DNA from: Octopus sinensis
Lineage: Eukaryota
Length of the DNA stretch: 64,000 nucleotides
NCBI RefSeq assembly: GCF_006345805.1
Contig: NC_043005.1
Location: 77,872,001-77,936,000, forward strand
Direction: 5' to 3'
Part shown: positions 39,879 through 52,900 of the stretch, in pieces
Layout: every line of letters starts with the position of its first letter
Position numbering within the stretch: the first letter of the stretch is position 1
Notes under the pieces: model-generated
What the model was told of the DNA's origin: nothing
Databases searched by the model: none
The model's input: only the letters and a program-made list of their open reading frames with translations
Translations under genes and position numbers: made by a program

Positions 39879-40199
39879 ATAAACTTTAAGCCCAATTATG
39901 TTGTCGGCCCTATTGACATCAGAGAAGAAGAAATGGACATTTGTGATATTCATGTGTTTTCACACAGAAATATAGGCGACCCTGGAACTGAAGAAAAAAC
40001 CATGAAAGTGATAGAGACCAAGCAGCTGAAACCAATTACAGTGGTTGACAAAGGGACAGCAAATGGAATTCTTCGGCAAACGAATGCACATTCAGTCTAT
40101 GCAGCCCTAATCAGGCGAAGAGTACAGGTTAAGGGGCGAAACACTTTCAGCCCTGCGATATCTGCTGATGATACGGAAAAGTTTCCAGCATTGCAATAG
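39879..40199 (+). CDS. candidate terminal coding exon, unknown protein
   Basis: Acceptor ttgcccttccgtcgtcttag in phase 0 with 106 codons (INFKPNYVVGPIDIREEEMDICD...DDTEKFPALQ*). AATAAA about 50 nt after the stop. Non-repetitive sequence. Confidence 0.45.
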   Translation: MNFKPNYVVGPIDIREEEMDICDIHVFSHRNIGDPGTEEKTMKVIETKQLKPITVVDKGTANGILRQTNAHSVYAALIRRRVQVKGRNTFSPAISADDTEKFPALQ

Positions 40200-40554
40200 A
40201 TTCAGAAGATGAGCTTGCAAAACCTCTTTATTGTTTTAAAATTAAAAAATAAACGTTCTGGAAATGTGGCCATTGGTACACTTTGCCTGAATATGGAACA
40301 GTATTTACATGACTCGAATGCCCTGGGCAACAGTCCACTCGATCAAGGGCAAAACACAATTAGCATAGTCAGCTGAGACGACAGCAATAACAAGATTTTG
40401 CGCTCAGTATATCAACACAAAATACGATATATTTTAGTCACAGCGTATGATACGGTACAAATACAAGAATTGTACACATTGTCACCGTAAGAAGAAACTG
40501 GGAACCCCACCCCCAAACCAAGCAAATTCGCTATCCGTTCCCTTTTACGATACA

Positions 40555-40833
40555 AGGCGGCGAGCTGCAAGAAACGTTAGCACACCGGGCGAAATGCTAA
40601 GCGGTATTTCGTCTGAGTTCAAATTCCGCCGAGGTCGACTTTGCCTTTCATCCTTTCGGGGTCGATAAATTAAGTACCAGGTACGCACTGTGGTCGATGT
40701 AATCGACTTAATCCGTTTGTCTGTCCTTGTTTGTCCTCTCTGTGTTTAGCCTCTTGTGGGTAGTAAAGAAATAGGTATTTCGTCTGTCTTTACGTTCTGA
40801 GTTCAAATTCTGCCGAGGTCGACTTTGCCTTTC
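40555..40833 (+). mobile_element. SINE family A, truncated dimer
   Basis: Family A motifs. Confidence 0.85.
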
Positions 40834-41199
40834 ACGGATTTATCGCTATGGGTTCCGTGTGAGCAATCATCTAAAAGTTTTTTGTGCATTTTGATGTTGA
40901 CATAAGTTCCTTGCTTTTCCTGATGAGAAAGCGGCATAATGTACTTCTTATTCTTTCGCAATTAGGAATATGCAGCCTTCGAAACATATGTCGAAAATAA
41001 AGGAATTTTGTTAATTCGTCGTTCAGCTCCATTCTTTCATATATTTATATTTTAAAAATAAACATACAAATTTCCACACGAAAGCACGTAATCTATGCCC
41101 TAGGCACGTAACTTCAACCGTGTTTTTTCTGATGTGAATTTGCTACCCATGTATCGGTTAATTCGAATTATCCTTAATAAGATAATTCATTCAACTACT

Positions 41200-41249
<50 letters not shown>

Positions 41250-41258
<9 letters not shown>

Positions 41259-41520
41259 ATAAAAGGCTTCCAAATAAGGAAGCGTAATGCTAGAAACTCA
41301 AAAAGGGATAAATTCATGAAAGGAATGAAAATCAAAAACATTTACCATCTCAGCTATATCCCAGACCGAACGGTTTCTACCTATTTTTAGCAAACACACA
41401 GAGTATATTTGCCAGGCCAGGTTCTTCAGTGGGAAGCCTTCGTAATCCTAGACGCACATACTGTTAGAAGCACATGTAGATCTAACGGTTTGTATTTCCT
41501 AACTTTTCAAACCTCTGCGC
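41250..41520 (-). mobile_element. putative Penelope-like element terminus
   Basis: Carries a hammerhead motif about 110 nt from an end abutting (TA)n, the same layout as at 49.7 kb. Confidence 0.5.
41359..41434 (-). ncRNA. type I hammerhead ribozyme motif with extended stem II
   Basis: UCCCA-CUGAAGA-ACCU...AGGU-A-GAAA-CCGUUCGG-UC-UGGGA. 5-bp stem I, GUC triplet, and a 12-bp hairpin within stem II. One extra A before GAAA. Confidence 0.72.
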
Positions 41521-41654
41521 AGACGCACTTCACTGTCAAAATGACTGAAACAAGTAAAAGAGTGAAAGAGTAAAAGCATATATATATATATATTTTGTTG
41601 TATGTGGGGATGTTTATGTTGCCATTTTAGCCAATAAAAACACACACACACACA

Positions 41655-41731
<77 letters not shown>

Positions 41732-42397
41732 GTGTATATATATATATGTATGTATACATATATATATGTATATATATATGTATATACACACATATATATA
41801 TCAAATAGTGTATATTTAAACACAAATAGAAATTACCTATTACAGGCAATTTCTACACGTTAGGAGACAGTCAAACGACCGAAAAACCATAAAATACACA
41901 CACATATATATGTATACAGAGACACATATATGTACACACACACGCATACACACATATACCATATAATTTTGAGAAACAGTATTTGAAATGCCAGTACTAA
42001 ATGTCTGGCATATGAAATCTCTTTCCTATCTTTTTTCTCTCTTTTCTTTTCTTGGTGTACAACGTGTTTTGAGGGATAACAGTTCAAGTGATATCAACGA
42101 AAAGTCCATGTTCAGATAAAGGCAGACCTAGAAGGTGACCGCACATGTTTAATTAAGTGAATTGCTCATGATTGGTCATATGACGATGGATAAGATTCAT
42201 ATTATTTATTTTTAGTAATTGCATTTTAAAGTTGCTTTTTTTGAAAAATTTAATTATGTAAATTACGTTATAAGCGTAGGTATGGGTGTGTGGTTAGCAA
42301 ACACGGTTTTCCGACCACGTGTGTTCTCTAGTAGTCCTGCACCTTCTAATGTAGTGTGAGTGAAGTTGGTAGAAGGAATCTGTGCTGAAGCCCATCG

Positions 42398-42432
<35 letters not shown>

Positions 42433-42607
42433 TTATATATGTGTGTGTGTAAGTGTGTATGTGACTGTGTGTGTGAATATCTGTGTGTTTGTGTCTGTGT
42501 GTGTGCGTGTGTGTCTGTGTGTGTGCGTGTGTGTCTGTATGTTGAAGCCCGGGCCAACCAGTGCTTTATGAGTGGATTTGGTTGACGGAAACTGAAAGAA
42601 GACCGTC

Positions 42608-42673
<66 letters not shown>

Positions 42674-43586
42674 GTATATATGTGAATATGCTGGGGTTGA
42701 TTTGTTAGACTAAAACCCTTTATAAATGTGGCCAGAGCACAACAACAGTCCAATCACAGAAGCAAGTGAAAGAGAAAAACTATCGCACTGAAATGTGGCC
42801 AGCGCCTTAACTTTGGTTTCGTATAATGAAATAATTTAGAAAATTTGTTTTATTATTTCTCTTACACGCTGAACCGTTTGCGCGTCGAACAAAATCTTTA
42901 GTGACATTTCATCCGTCTTTACATTCCGAGTTCAAATTCCGCCGAGGTCGAATTTGCCATTCATTCCTTCCGGGTCGGTAGAATAAGTACCTGCTGAGCA
43001 CTGGGGCCGATGTTATCTACTAATCCCCACCCATCCAACAAAATTTGAGGTCTTTTGTTTATAGCTGAAAATATTATTATCAGCTTTAGTTGAGCTGACA
43101 AAATGCGCATTCGACAAAATGCTTTGTGGCATGCCATGCGCCTTCATATTTTGAGTTCAAATTCATCTGTGGTCGACTTTGCCTTTCATTCTTTCTGGGT
43201 CGGTAAAATAAGTACCAGATTAGTACGGGGGTTGGAGGAGAGATGTAATCGACTAGACCCCCTTACCTCAAAATTTCAGGCTTTGTGCTTGTAAGAAAAA
43301 GGATTAGGTAATCGCTAGACTTCTTTTGTCACTAGTTTCTCACCACCATATGGCACTTTAATTATTTTTAGCAACGTCTACCGTCGACGATAGCATTTTC
43401 CCCAGTGAAGGATCCTGAGCATAGTGTTTTCCTCTGCTTGAAAGATAAAAAAATAATCCCTTCTTGACTAGATTCAAGTACATGTAATTTTCCCAGAAAG
43501 TTAAGGTCCCAGTGTCTAAGACCACGTTAGCGAAGGTGATAAGGATATAAGAATAGGGAACGGTCAAGATAAAGGTTCATACTTAC

Positions 43587-43731
43587 TAGTGAAGTAAGAT
43601 GAAGAAAGATTGTAACCAGATAAGGTATATGGATAAGAATGCCATGTCCATCTTCACAATGCCATTTTGAGTACCCATATTTGGGATATTAGACTCGGCA
43701 CGTGAAGATGTCGGCAACTTAGTCATCATGA
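43587..43731 (-). CDS. candidate exon ending in a hydrophobic, signal-peptide-like segment (MDMAFLSIYLIWLQSFFILLH)
   Basis: Acceptor gtgtatcccag and donor GTAAGT. Only one frame is open. Confidence 0.3.
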
Positions 43732-43774
43732 CTGGGATACACACACACACGCACACACACACACATTCCATTTT

Positions 43775-44060
43775 CTTTTTCAATTTACAGCCCGATATTG
43801 CGGCCATGCTGGGGCACCACCGTTTGCTTTGCTTCACTTTCACCAAATGTTCTCTGATGCGTGGGATTTGCCGAATGAGTAAGTTTGATATTGCTGCCCT
43901 CATCTGTGTCTCTTGCATCGAGGTAGGTTTATCCGGAACTCTTGACAGTTGGAGCTCCAGTTTTATTTTGAAGACGCCGCATCCATCCCATGTAGGTCTC
44001 TCTGGCTTTGTGGGAAGATATTGAAGAGCTGTGGGCCCTTGAAGCCCAAGCTGTAGTAAT
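43775..44060 (-). mobile_element. CR1-like LINE 3' end
   Basis: Frameshifted GFKGPQLFNIFPQSQRDLHGMD / GVFKIKLELQLSRVPDKPTS...RAAISNLLI. The 3' UTR contains CGGTGGTGCCCCAGCATGGCCGCA. Confidence 0.7.
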
Positions 44061-44239
44061 TTCCACACCATTAATAACATTGACAGGATCTGTGTTTCTG
44101 TGTTAAATGGAGAGTTTTGAGGCAGAGACATAAGATCAGTACAGACAGATTTTCGACGCAGCATCACATCACTCAGACAACACCTATTGAACTGTAAAGA
44201 GAGAAACGTGTACAACAAATATATACTCAACAACGAATG

Positions 44240-44672
44240 TAATAATACTTTCTACATTTGGCTCAAGGTCTGCATTTCGGGGGAGGGGTAAATCAATTAC
44301 GTTGACCTCAGTGCTCAGCTGGTAATATTTTATGACCCCGAAAGGATGACATGCAAAGTCTACCTTGGTGGCGTTTGAACTCATACCGTAAGGATGGAAG
44401 AAATGCAGCTAAGCAATTTCTCTGGCGTGATAATTATTCTACCAGTTTGCAGCTGGCCACCTTAAGCACAAATGTAAAAACCCTTTCTACTATAGTCCAC
44501 GGTCTGAAATTTGGGGTGAGGGGACTAGTTGGTTACATCGACCCCAGTGCATAACTGGTACTTAATTTATCGACCCCCAAAGGGCAGGAATTTGAACTCA
44601 GAACGTAAGGACGGACGTAATGCTGCAAAGCATTTTTGCTCCTCGTGCTAACGATTCTGCTAGCTCGCCGCC
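44240..44672 (-). mobile_element. two degenerate family A SINEs
   Basis: Family A motifs. Confidence 0.7.
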
Positions 44673-44732
44673 TTAACCACAAATTTAATAATATCATGAG
44701 ACTAGACGGGAAAAAAAATTACTCTAAGTGTA

Positions 44733-45286
44733 CAGCCGTGGCCAAAAATGTGGAACATAAGACTAAAAATTAAAATTTTTATACTAATTGTCAAAAGCTG
44801 TATTTAATCTGTAATACTTGTGGAGACATATGGCCTAGTGGTAAGAGCAGCGGACTCGTGGTCGAGGGATCGCGTGTTCGAATCTCAGACCGGGCGATGT
44901 GTGTGTTTATGAGCGAAACAACTAAGCTCCTCGCGGCTCCGGCACAAGGTAATGGCGAACCTCTGCTGACTCTTTCGCCATAACTTTCTCTCACTCTTTC
45001 CTCCTGCATGTTGCAGCTCACCTGCGACGGACTGGCGTTCCGTCCTGCTGGGGAACCTATACGCCAAGAAAATCGGGGAAACCGGCCCTATGATCCAGGC
45101 GTGGCCCGAGAAGGAACAAACAACGAAACAATAATGTTATTACTTGGCCAAAAATGTGGAACATAGGCCTGAAAATTAGAATTTTCATACTTAATGCTCA
45201 AATATATACGTTGTATATATTTGAATCGAATTTTACTTGGACACAATTTTAATTTAAAATGTGTTCCAAACTTTTGGCTACCACTG
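44733..45286. mobile_element. Tc1-like MITE interrupted by a SINE
   Basis: TA|CAGCCGTGGCCAAAAATGTGGAACA ... TGTTCCAAACTTTTGGCTACCACTG|TA. Confidence 0.75.
44822..45125 (+). mobile_element. tRNA-derived SINE with V-domain-like core
   Basis: A box TGGCCTAGTGG, B box GTTCGAATC, core CCTGCGACGGACTGGCGTTCCGTCC. The acceptor stem does not pair, so this is not a tRNA gene. Confidence 0.75.
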
Positions 45287-45488
45287 TACAGCATTCCCGC
45301 ATGGGACCAGGAGTGGTTCGACTTACCTACACAAAGAAAAGACTAGAGTAGAAATACTCATAATACTAACAGAAAGAAAGGCCGGGTTAAGATCCCAAAA
45401 TGCCCTAAGCACTTAAAAGACTTTGGTATCCCCATGTATATGTAATTCAAAATATAAATAAGTAACGTCAATCACCACATTAAAGTGG

Positions 45489-46436
45489 TTGTTCCATGTT
45501 TCAACTAGTTTAACCCTAGGCAGATCTTCCGCCAGCTGGTTATTGGTGCGACGCTACATACTTTATATACAATAAATATAGCTAGCAAAGGGAGCGAAAC
45601 CTTACTATTTTCCAGTAGATAACAGGATCGCGAAACTGGTTGTCTCATGTCTAGTCGCGAGCATCTGGTCATCAGAGCGGTAGCTAGAGTCTGCTCCAGC
45701 CACCAATATATTGTAAACAAAGCGATCTTCGGTCACAGGATTTACAACAAGCTGGCGGACGATCTTCCTGGGGTTAAACTAGTAGTGACATGGAACAGAC
45801 ACTTCGATGTGACGATTAACTTTATTTGTTAGTATAGTTACAACTCTGATCTCTTCTTCAGATTTTACGACTAGCTATTTTGCTTGTTGTAAATCTGACC
45901 GATGGTCGCTTTGTTTACAGCATATTCCAAGCTGGAGCAGACCCTGGCTATCGTTCTGTTGACCAGGTGCTCGCGATTACGGATGAGCCAACAAGCTCGA
46001 AACAGAGTCAGTCTTACGATTCTGTTGTCTGCTCGAAGAGGTAGGGGTTCGCTCCCCTTGCTCGCGACCTATATTGTATATAAAGGGTGAAGCGTCGCAC
46101 CGATAACCAGCTGGTAGAAGATCTGCCGGGGGTTAAACTAGTAGTAACATGGAACAGATTGTACGACTGGCTATTTTGCTTGTTGTAAATCTGACCGATG
46201 CTCGCTTTGTTTACAGCATATTGCTGGCTGGAGCAGACCCTGGGTATCGTTCCGGTGACCAGGGGTTCGCTCCCCCTGCTAGCGATCTATATTGTATATA
46301 AAGGGTCGCACCGATAAACAGCTGGCGGAAGATCTGCCTGGGGTTAAACTAGTAGTATCATGGAACAGTCATTTTGATGTGGCGATTGACTTTACTTGTT
46401 AGTATAGTTACTACACTGATCTCTTCTTGAGATTTT
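45489..46436. repeat. ~300-bp unit present as one inverted and two tandem direct copies
   Basis: 45489-45750 is the reverse complement of the units at ~45868-46158 and ~46160-46368. A spacer repeats at 45806-45866 and 46369-46436. Confidence 0.85.
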
Positions 46437-47166
46437 ATAAAAAATAAATATTTTTAAATAAACAGAAAATAGAGAAATATTGATCAACAATTAACTAACA
46501 TCGATGTTAGTCAATTGTTGTTGATCAATATTTCTCCATTTTCTGTTTACTTTAAATTTCATTCCTGAAAAGCTCATGTTTATCTTTGTCATTACTTGTA
46601 ATCTATGAGCATAATATGCTAGCATATGTATGTCCAGGGTTAACAGGTAATTATAACGGTAGTATAAGAGATACTTTTATCCCTTAGACGGTTATTCCAA
46701 CCTCTAACTCGATTAAATTTTAAAATATAAATAATAAACCATAACCACAAATCAATTTTTATTCTTCAAAATGAAACAAAACTAACAGTAAGATGGAAAA
46801 TAATATTTATTTTTGTATATTCACTTTATATGTCAAAGGTTTTCTTTTTTAATTGCGAAGTCTTTGATCTGATCTTCAAAATTAATCTTACGTAAAACAT
46901 CTTTTATACTTAGACATAAGACATCCCGGATATTATTTTGGTAATTTTAAATTGATTTCTTTTGTGCTGTAAACCAATTACTCTTTCTGTGACGCCCCAC
47001 CCCGCCTCACTTGATATCCTACGCATGTTCTTATTTAGCTTAATGGTAAATCCAGCGCCGAGAAAGTTATACATAGTTATATATCCAGCATGCTCTAGAT
47101 TATGGCAACAACATTGACAGGATTAGTAGCCTTTCCCGGATTTGCGATAGATGCATCTCATCTCAC

Positions 47167-47217
47167 CTAGAAGTCCTGGACAGCGCTTGCTATCCAAACA
47201 CAGAATGTGTTCACATC
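47167..47217 (-). CDS. candidate 51-nt exon (phase 1-1: GCEHILCLDSKRCPGLL)
   Basis: Acceptor ttattttcttgtaag and donor AG|GTGAGA. Joins in frame to 43587-43731. It could also be non-coding. Confidence 0.3.
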   Translation of the reverse strand, partial: DVNTFCVWIASAVQDF

Positions 47218-47659
47218 CTTACAAGAAAATAACGTGTGGAACACATTCCAATAAACTTCGGGAACTCTGTTTAAGAACAATGGACAAGATATTGTTCTAT
47301 GGTACAATGGGAAAATGTTATGCTCTGTCATAGAAATCGACTGTTTGGTGGATGTGAATTTGTGTTAAAAAGTGTTTGTATAGAGAACTAATGAAAAGCA
47401 TGCCTTCACGTCTTGCTTGAGTCCTTTTCTTTTCCTTTCATTCATCGACTATTTTCTTCCTCTCTGTATTATAAGCTAGCATGTCAAATACATTTTGGCA
47501 ATGATGTTTAGAATAATCACGTATGCCAGAAGAGCGGAACCTACTACTTAAAAGTTGCATCCTGTCTTTGAGGGCTTTAAGTGCGATATCCTCGAAGATG
47601 TTTGGATTGTGCATTAAAAGAGACATTTATTGATTAAATTGCATTAGATTCAATCAACA

Positions 47660-47744
<85 letters not shown>

Positions 47745-47771
47745 ATATATATGTATATATATATATGTATA

Positions 47772-47831
<60 letters not shown>

Positions 47832-47837
47832 ATATTA

Positions 47838-47873
<36 letters not shown>

Positions 47874-48178
47874 TGTATATATATATGTATATATGTATAG
47901 ATCCGATAAATATGCCGTTAAAATCTTGCTTTCATAATTATGAATACATTTTTACAATAAACGTAATTAAATTTTTTATTATGTATTTAATATTTTCTTT
48001 TATTGGATTATTTCAATTTCAATTTTGCTATAAACGATATTGTGATTAATAAAACAAACTCAGCAAGAGATAAACCGATTTCAGTCTTTAAATATCAAAT
48101 CCTGCTTCACCTCTGCTTTAGCCAACCGTTTCACCTTTAAAGGTGGTATGTCAACATGACCCTATGTTTTATTGATTT

Positions 48179-48448
48179 CAGTGGTTCTCAAACATTCTTT
48201 TTTTGCCTATGAACCCTTTTTGATTCCTGTTTAACTCGGATGGACCCTCATAGAAATGCGATGTTTAAAAAAAATCGTGTTATATTTTTATATTTAAATA
48301 TTAGGAATTGCAAAAAAAAAAAAATTTTTTAATTGCAAAAATATTTTATGCATTGTAGAAGTATAACCGATTCATTGCACATACATTTTAACAACAAAAT
48401 TTTATTTGGACCACCACGGGCTATGTGGGTGCCGGTTGAAAACTACTG
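48179..48448 (+). mobile_element. hAT-like MITE
   Basis: TIRs CAGTGGTTCTCAA and TTGAAAACTACTG. The 8-bp TSD is not preserved. Confidence 0.65.
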
Positions 48449-48692
48449 ATTTAATACGATTGTATGAAGTTATTTTTCCTTAAGTCTACCACCTGTTTAC
48501 AAAGGTGTGGTCCCTGCAGACCGGGGACTTTCAAACAGTGTGCTACAAATAGAATAAAATATAAAGGGAAAATCTAAATACAATAAACTCTCTCTTATCC
48601 GCTACTCAAATAACCGAACCCTCAAACAACGGGCACCGAGAAAAAATAAATAAAAGCGAGTCAAGGGAATTTGTATTCTTCCGTCTCTGATT

Positions 48693-49604
48693 TGTAAGAA
48701 ATTTGGCTGTGGTTACTAGGAGATGTGGCACGTCACATGGATTTTTACCACTTTGTCGTGATTTTTGATGTTAGATGTACGAGCCGAAATGTATAAAAAA
48801 ATGAGTCGAATCGACGAAAATGCTTCGTTTCGTAGTTTGATTATATATACGAGACTTCTCTGTCGTTATTTTTCTTTTATAACCCTGTCAGAGTTGGAAG
48901 GGCTCTGATTCTGTTGTAATGTCGGCAGGACTGTTGAGGGAAATTATCTGTTGACCAGAGACCTAACTGAAATGCTTACAAAAGAAGAGATTTTGTTAAA
49001 GTTAACCAACAGTTAGTGGATTGCGTTAAACTGAGTGACTAATTCAGTTAACTACCTAAGATAGTAACGGTCCCACCAACAAACCTGCTCGGTTTTCGTC
49101 CTCGAAATTTCACTAATAAAACAGGGATATGTCGATTTGAGCACTTGGTGGAGATACGTGCTCAACAATTCGAACAGTGGTATTGAACCGGAAACACGTA
49201 TTTGAATACCTGACCTCATAGCCGGAGGGTCATCATTAAACTAAAGATAACTGAAGCCATCGTAGAGGTCATCAACAATCAGCTTGGAAGGAGGCATTGG
49301 ATAAAGAAGGACATCGGTTTTCCGGACAATTTAGTTTTCGAAGACCTTCCGGATTTCTGATTTTTCCGATTAAGGGATGGTCACCTAGGTCAACACACTC
49401 TAAATTAACCAGGCGAAGTCGTGGCTGACTAGTAAGAATCTTGAAATCGTCGTAGTTTAAAAAAAATTTTTCTTCTTTCACATTGACCCTTTTTTTTCAC
49501 CGAGGCATGCTATGTCGATAAACATACACGTTCTTTCGTTTTTATTCACCACAACAATGTCCAGTTCCCTACATCTAGTCAGGTGATCGTACTGGATCAT
49601 TACA
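48693..49604. mobile_element. possible solo LTR
   Basis: TGTAA...TTACA termini and an internal AATAAA. No matching TSD was found. Confidence 0.25.
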
Positions 49605-49884
49605 TCCCACAGGATGATGATAAATGGATATATGGTTATATTCATACATATATATATACGAATGCATGCATATATCCACGTAAGTATATATATATATATA
49701 TATATATATAATAATAAATATTAGGGAATAAATCCAAATTTACAGGGAAAAAATCAGATTTAGGATTAAATCCAATTTTATAGTAAAATATTATAAAATT
49801 ATTAGAGACAAAACCACTATTTTGCAAAACAAACAAGAAGACTTAATCAATACATAAAATTTTAATAAATAGTCAAAAAAACCG

Positions 49885-49927
49885 CCACTACAATTGTTTC
49901 TTGTCTTGATCGACAATCTTCAGGTGG
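49885..49927 (-). ncRNA. minimal type I hammerhead ribozyme, left copy
   Basis: Exact reverse complement of 53630-53672. Confidence 0.8.
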
Positions 49928-52900
49928 ACTTACAATCTAAAAAATCAATATTTTAAAATATAAAAATAATAATTTTAAAATAATTAAAGTATTAATGAAA
50001 AATATAAATATATAATCCATATATAACCTATATATAATCCATATATAATCAATATATAAACAATATATAAACTAAAATAAACCTATCAACAATTAAATAT
50101 AAAATATAAAATATAAAATATAAAATATAAAATATAAAACAAACACAAAAATATAATAATATAATAATAAACTATATATACACCCATACACATATAACTA
50201 ATTATATATAACCATATCTAACTACATACACTAAATCACACACCTATATATATCCCTATACATACACATAAAAACGTCTAGGCAACTATAAATAAATAAA
50301 ATAGCTAAATACTTCAAACAATACTTATTCATACTCCCACACACACACATACAACCCACAATCTCGCTCTAGAAACGGACATCACTTAAAATTATGAACG
50401 GAGAAATGGAATAAATGGAATTAAAAATTATATTCACTTGGTAAAACGAACACTACTTAAAAAATTATGAATGAAACAATACAAGCAATAAACAACAGAC
50501 ATCGCAAATAGACACAAATTACTACGAATTCCTTAACAAACCTACCATGATAAACCAAAACTCATAAAAACATATAATGATAAAATCTCCCTTTACTAAA
50601 CTCTATAACATACCTATATAGCAATCCCCCTAACCTAAACATTCACACACATACACACACGTAAACCACAGTATTGAGGTTTATAAGTTAGTATAGGTAT
50701 GTGTGAGTGAGGTGGGTATTTGTATAAGTCGTGGGTCTGTGGTTTACGTGTGTGTATTTGTGTGTGAATGTTTAGGTTAGGGGGATTGCTATATAGGTTT
50801 GTTATAGAGATTAGCATAGGGAGATTTATCGTTATATGTTTTAAGAGTTTTGGTTTTATCATGGTTTTTTTTTAGGGAATTCGTGGTAATTTGTCTATTT
50901 TCGATGTTTGTTGTTTTATTACATTGTTTCATTCATAATTTTTGAGTGGTGTTCGTTTTGCCACGTGAATATTATTTTTAATTCCATTTATTCCATTTCT
51001 CCATTCTTAATTTTAAAAGATGTTTGTATACAGAGCGGTAATACTTTTTATACATATGTTAAGTTCCTTGGTAACGTAATTTGTTTGGTGTATATGTTGA
51101 CGCTTATATGTACTTGTGGGTGTGTGTGAGTGGGGTGGGTGTTTGTATTTGCTATGGGTGTGTGGTTTACGTGTGTGTATTTGTGTGTGAATGTATAGGT
51201 TAAAGGGATTGCTATATAAGTATGTTATAGTGTTTAGTAAAGGGAGGTTTTATCATTTATGTTTCTGTGAGTTTTAGTTTATCATGGTAGTTTTATAAAA
51301 GAATCCATTCATAATTTTTTTAAAATAATGTCGGTTTACCGCGTGTATATAATTTTTAATTCCATTTATTCTATTTCTCCATTTATAATTTTAAGTGAGG
51401 TTTGCTTCCATAGAGCGTATTCTTTTTTTATACATAAGTTATGTTCCTATGGTAACGTAATTTGGTTTGATGTTTTTAACGGATTAGAATTTAATTTCAC
51501 TTCATAATTTGAAACTGACTTGAAAGTATGTATATTATTTCTCCTTATGTCATATTTTTTTTTGATATTCTGGTTACGATGTATTTTATATATCGTATTA
51601 TGTGTAATAATGTTGTTTTCTTTGGAGTGTTTATGTATGTGTGTGAGTGTGTGCGTATTTTGGTTGTGTAGTTTGTTTATCTGTATGAATGTGGGTGTGT
51701 TAATATTGTTGTATATGTCGAGTTTGGTGGTATATGGTGTGTGTTTTACGTATGTATATTTGTGTGTGAATGTGTTTATGGGTTTGCTATTTAGGTTTGG
51801 GGATGTATGTGTTTATTTGTCTGTGTGGGGTTGGGTGGGTTTTTGGAGTATATGTTGAGGTTTATATGTATGTATAGGTATGTGTAAGTGGGGTGGGTAT
51901 TTGTATATGTCGTGGGTGTGTGGTTTACGTGTGTGTATTTGTGTGTGAATGTTTAGGTTAGGGGGATTGCTATATAGGTATGTTATAGAGTTTAGTAAAG
52001 GGAGATTTTATCATTATATGTTTTTATGAGTTTTGGTTTATCATGGTAGGTTTGTTAAGGAATTCGTAGTAATTTGTGTCTATTTGCGATGTCTGTTGTT
52101 TTACGTTACCATAGGAACATAACTTATGTATAAAAAAAGAATACGCTCTATGGAAGCAAACCTCACTTAAAATTATAAATGGAGAAATAGAATAAATAGA
52201 ATTAAAAATTATATACACGCGGTAAACCGACATTATTTTAAAAAAATTATGAATGGATTCTTTTATAAAACTACCATGATAAACTAAAACTCACAGAAAC
52301 ATAAATGATAAAACCTCCCTTTACTAAACACTATAACATACTTATATAGCAATCCCTTTAACCTATACATTCACACACAAATACACACACGTAACCACAC
52401 ACCCATAGCAAATACAAACACCCACCCCCTCCCACACACCCACAAGTACATATAAGCGTCAACATATACACCAAACAAATTACGTTACCAAGGAACTTAA
52501 CATATGTATAAAAAGTATTACCGCTCTGTATACAAACATCTTTTAAAATTAAGAATGGAGAAATGGAATAAATGGAATTAAAAATAATATTCACGTGGCA
52601 AAACGAACACCACTCAAAAATTATGAATGAAACAATGTAATAAAACAACAAACATCGAAAATAGACAAATTACCACGAATTCCCTAAAAAAAACCATGAT
52701 AAACCAAAACTCTTAAAACATATAACGATAAAATCTCCCTATGCTAATCTCTATAACAAACCTATATAGCAATCCCCCTAACCTAAACATTCACACACAA
52801 ATACACACACGTAAACCACAGACCCACGACTTATACAAATACCCACCTCACTCACACATACCTATACTAACTTATAAACCTCAATACTGTGGTTTACGTG

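Noticed and set aside
40168-40195. CTGATGA-TACG-GAAA inside the candidate exon
   Set aside because: No room for stem II and only a 3-bp stem I, so it is most likely coincidental.
44822-44895. tRNA gene
   Set aside because: A and B boxes are present but no acceptor stem forms, and the sequence continues into a SINE body.
45985-46020. CGGATGA...GAAAC-AGA-GTC as a functional hammerhead
   Set aside because: The core is mutated, stems I and II do not pair, and the motif is absent from the other two copies.
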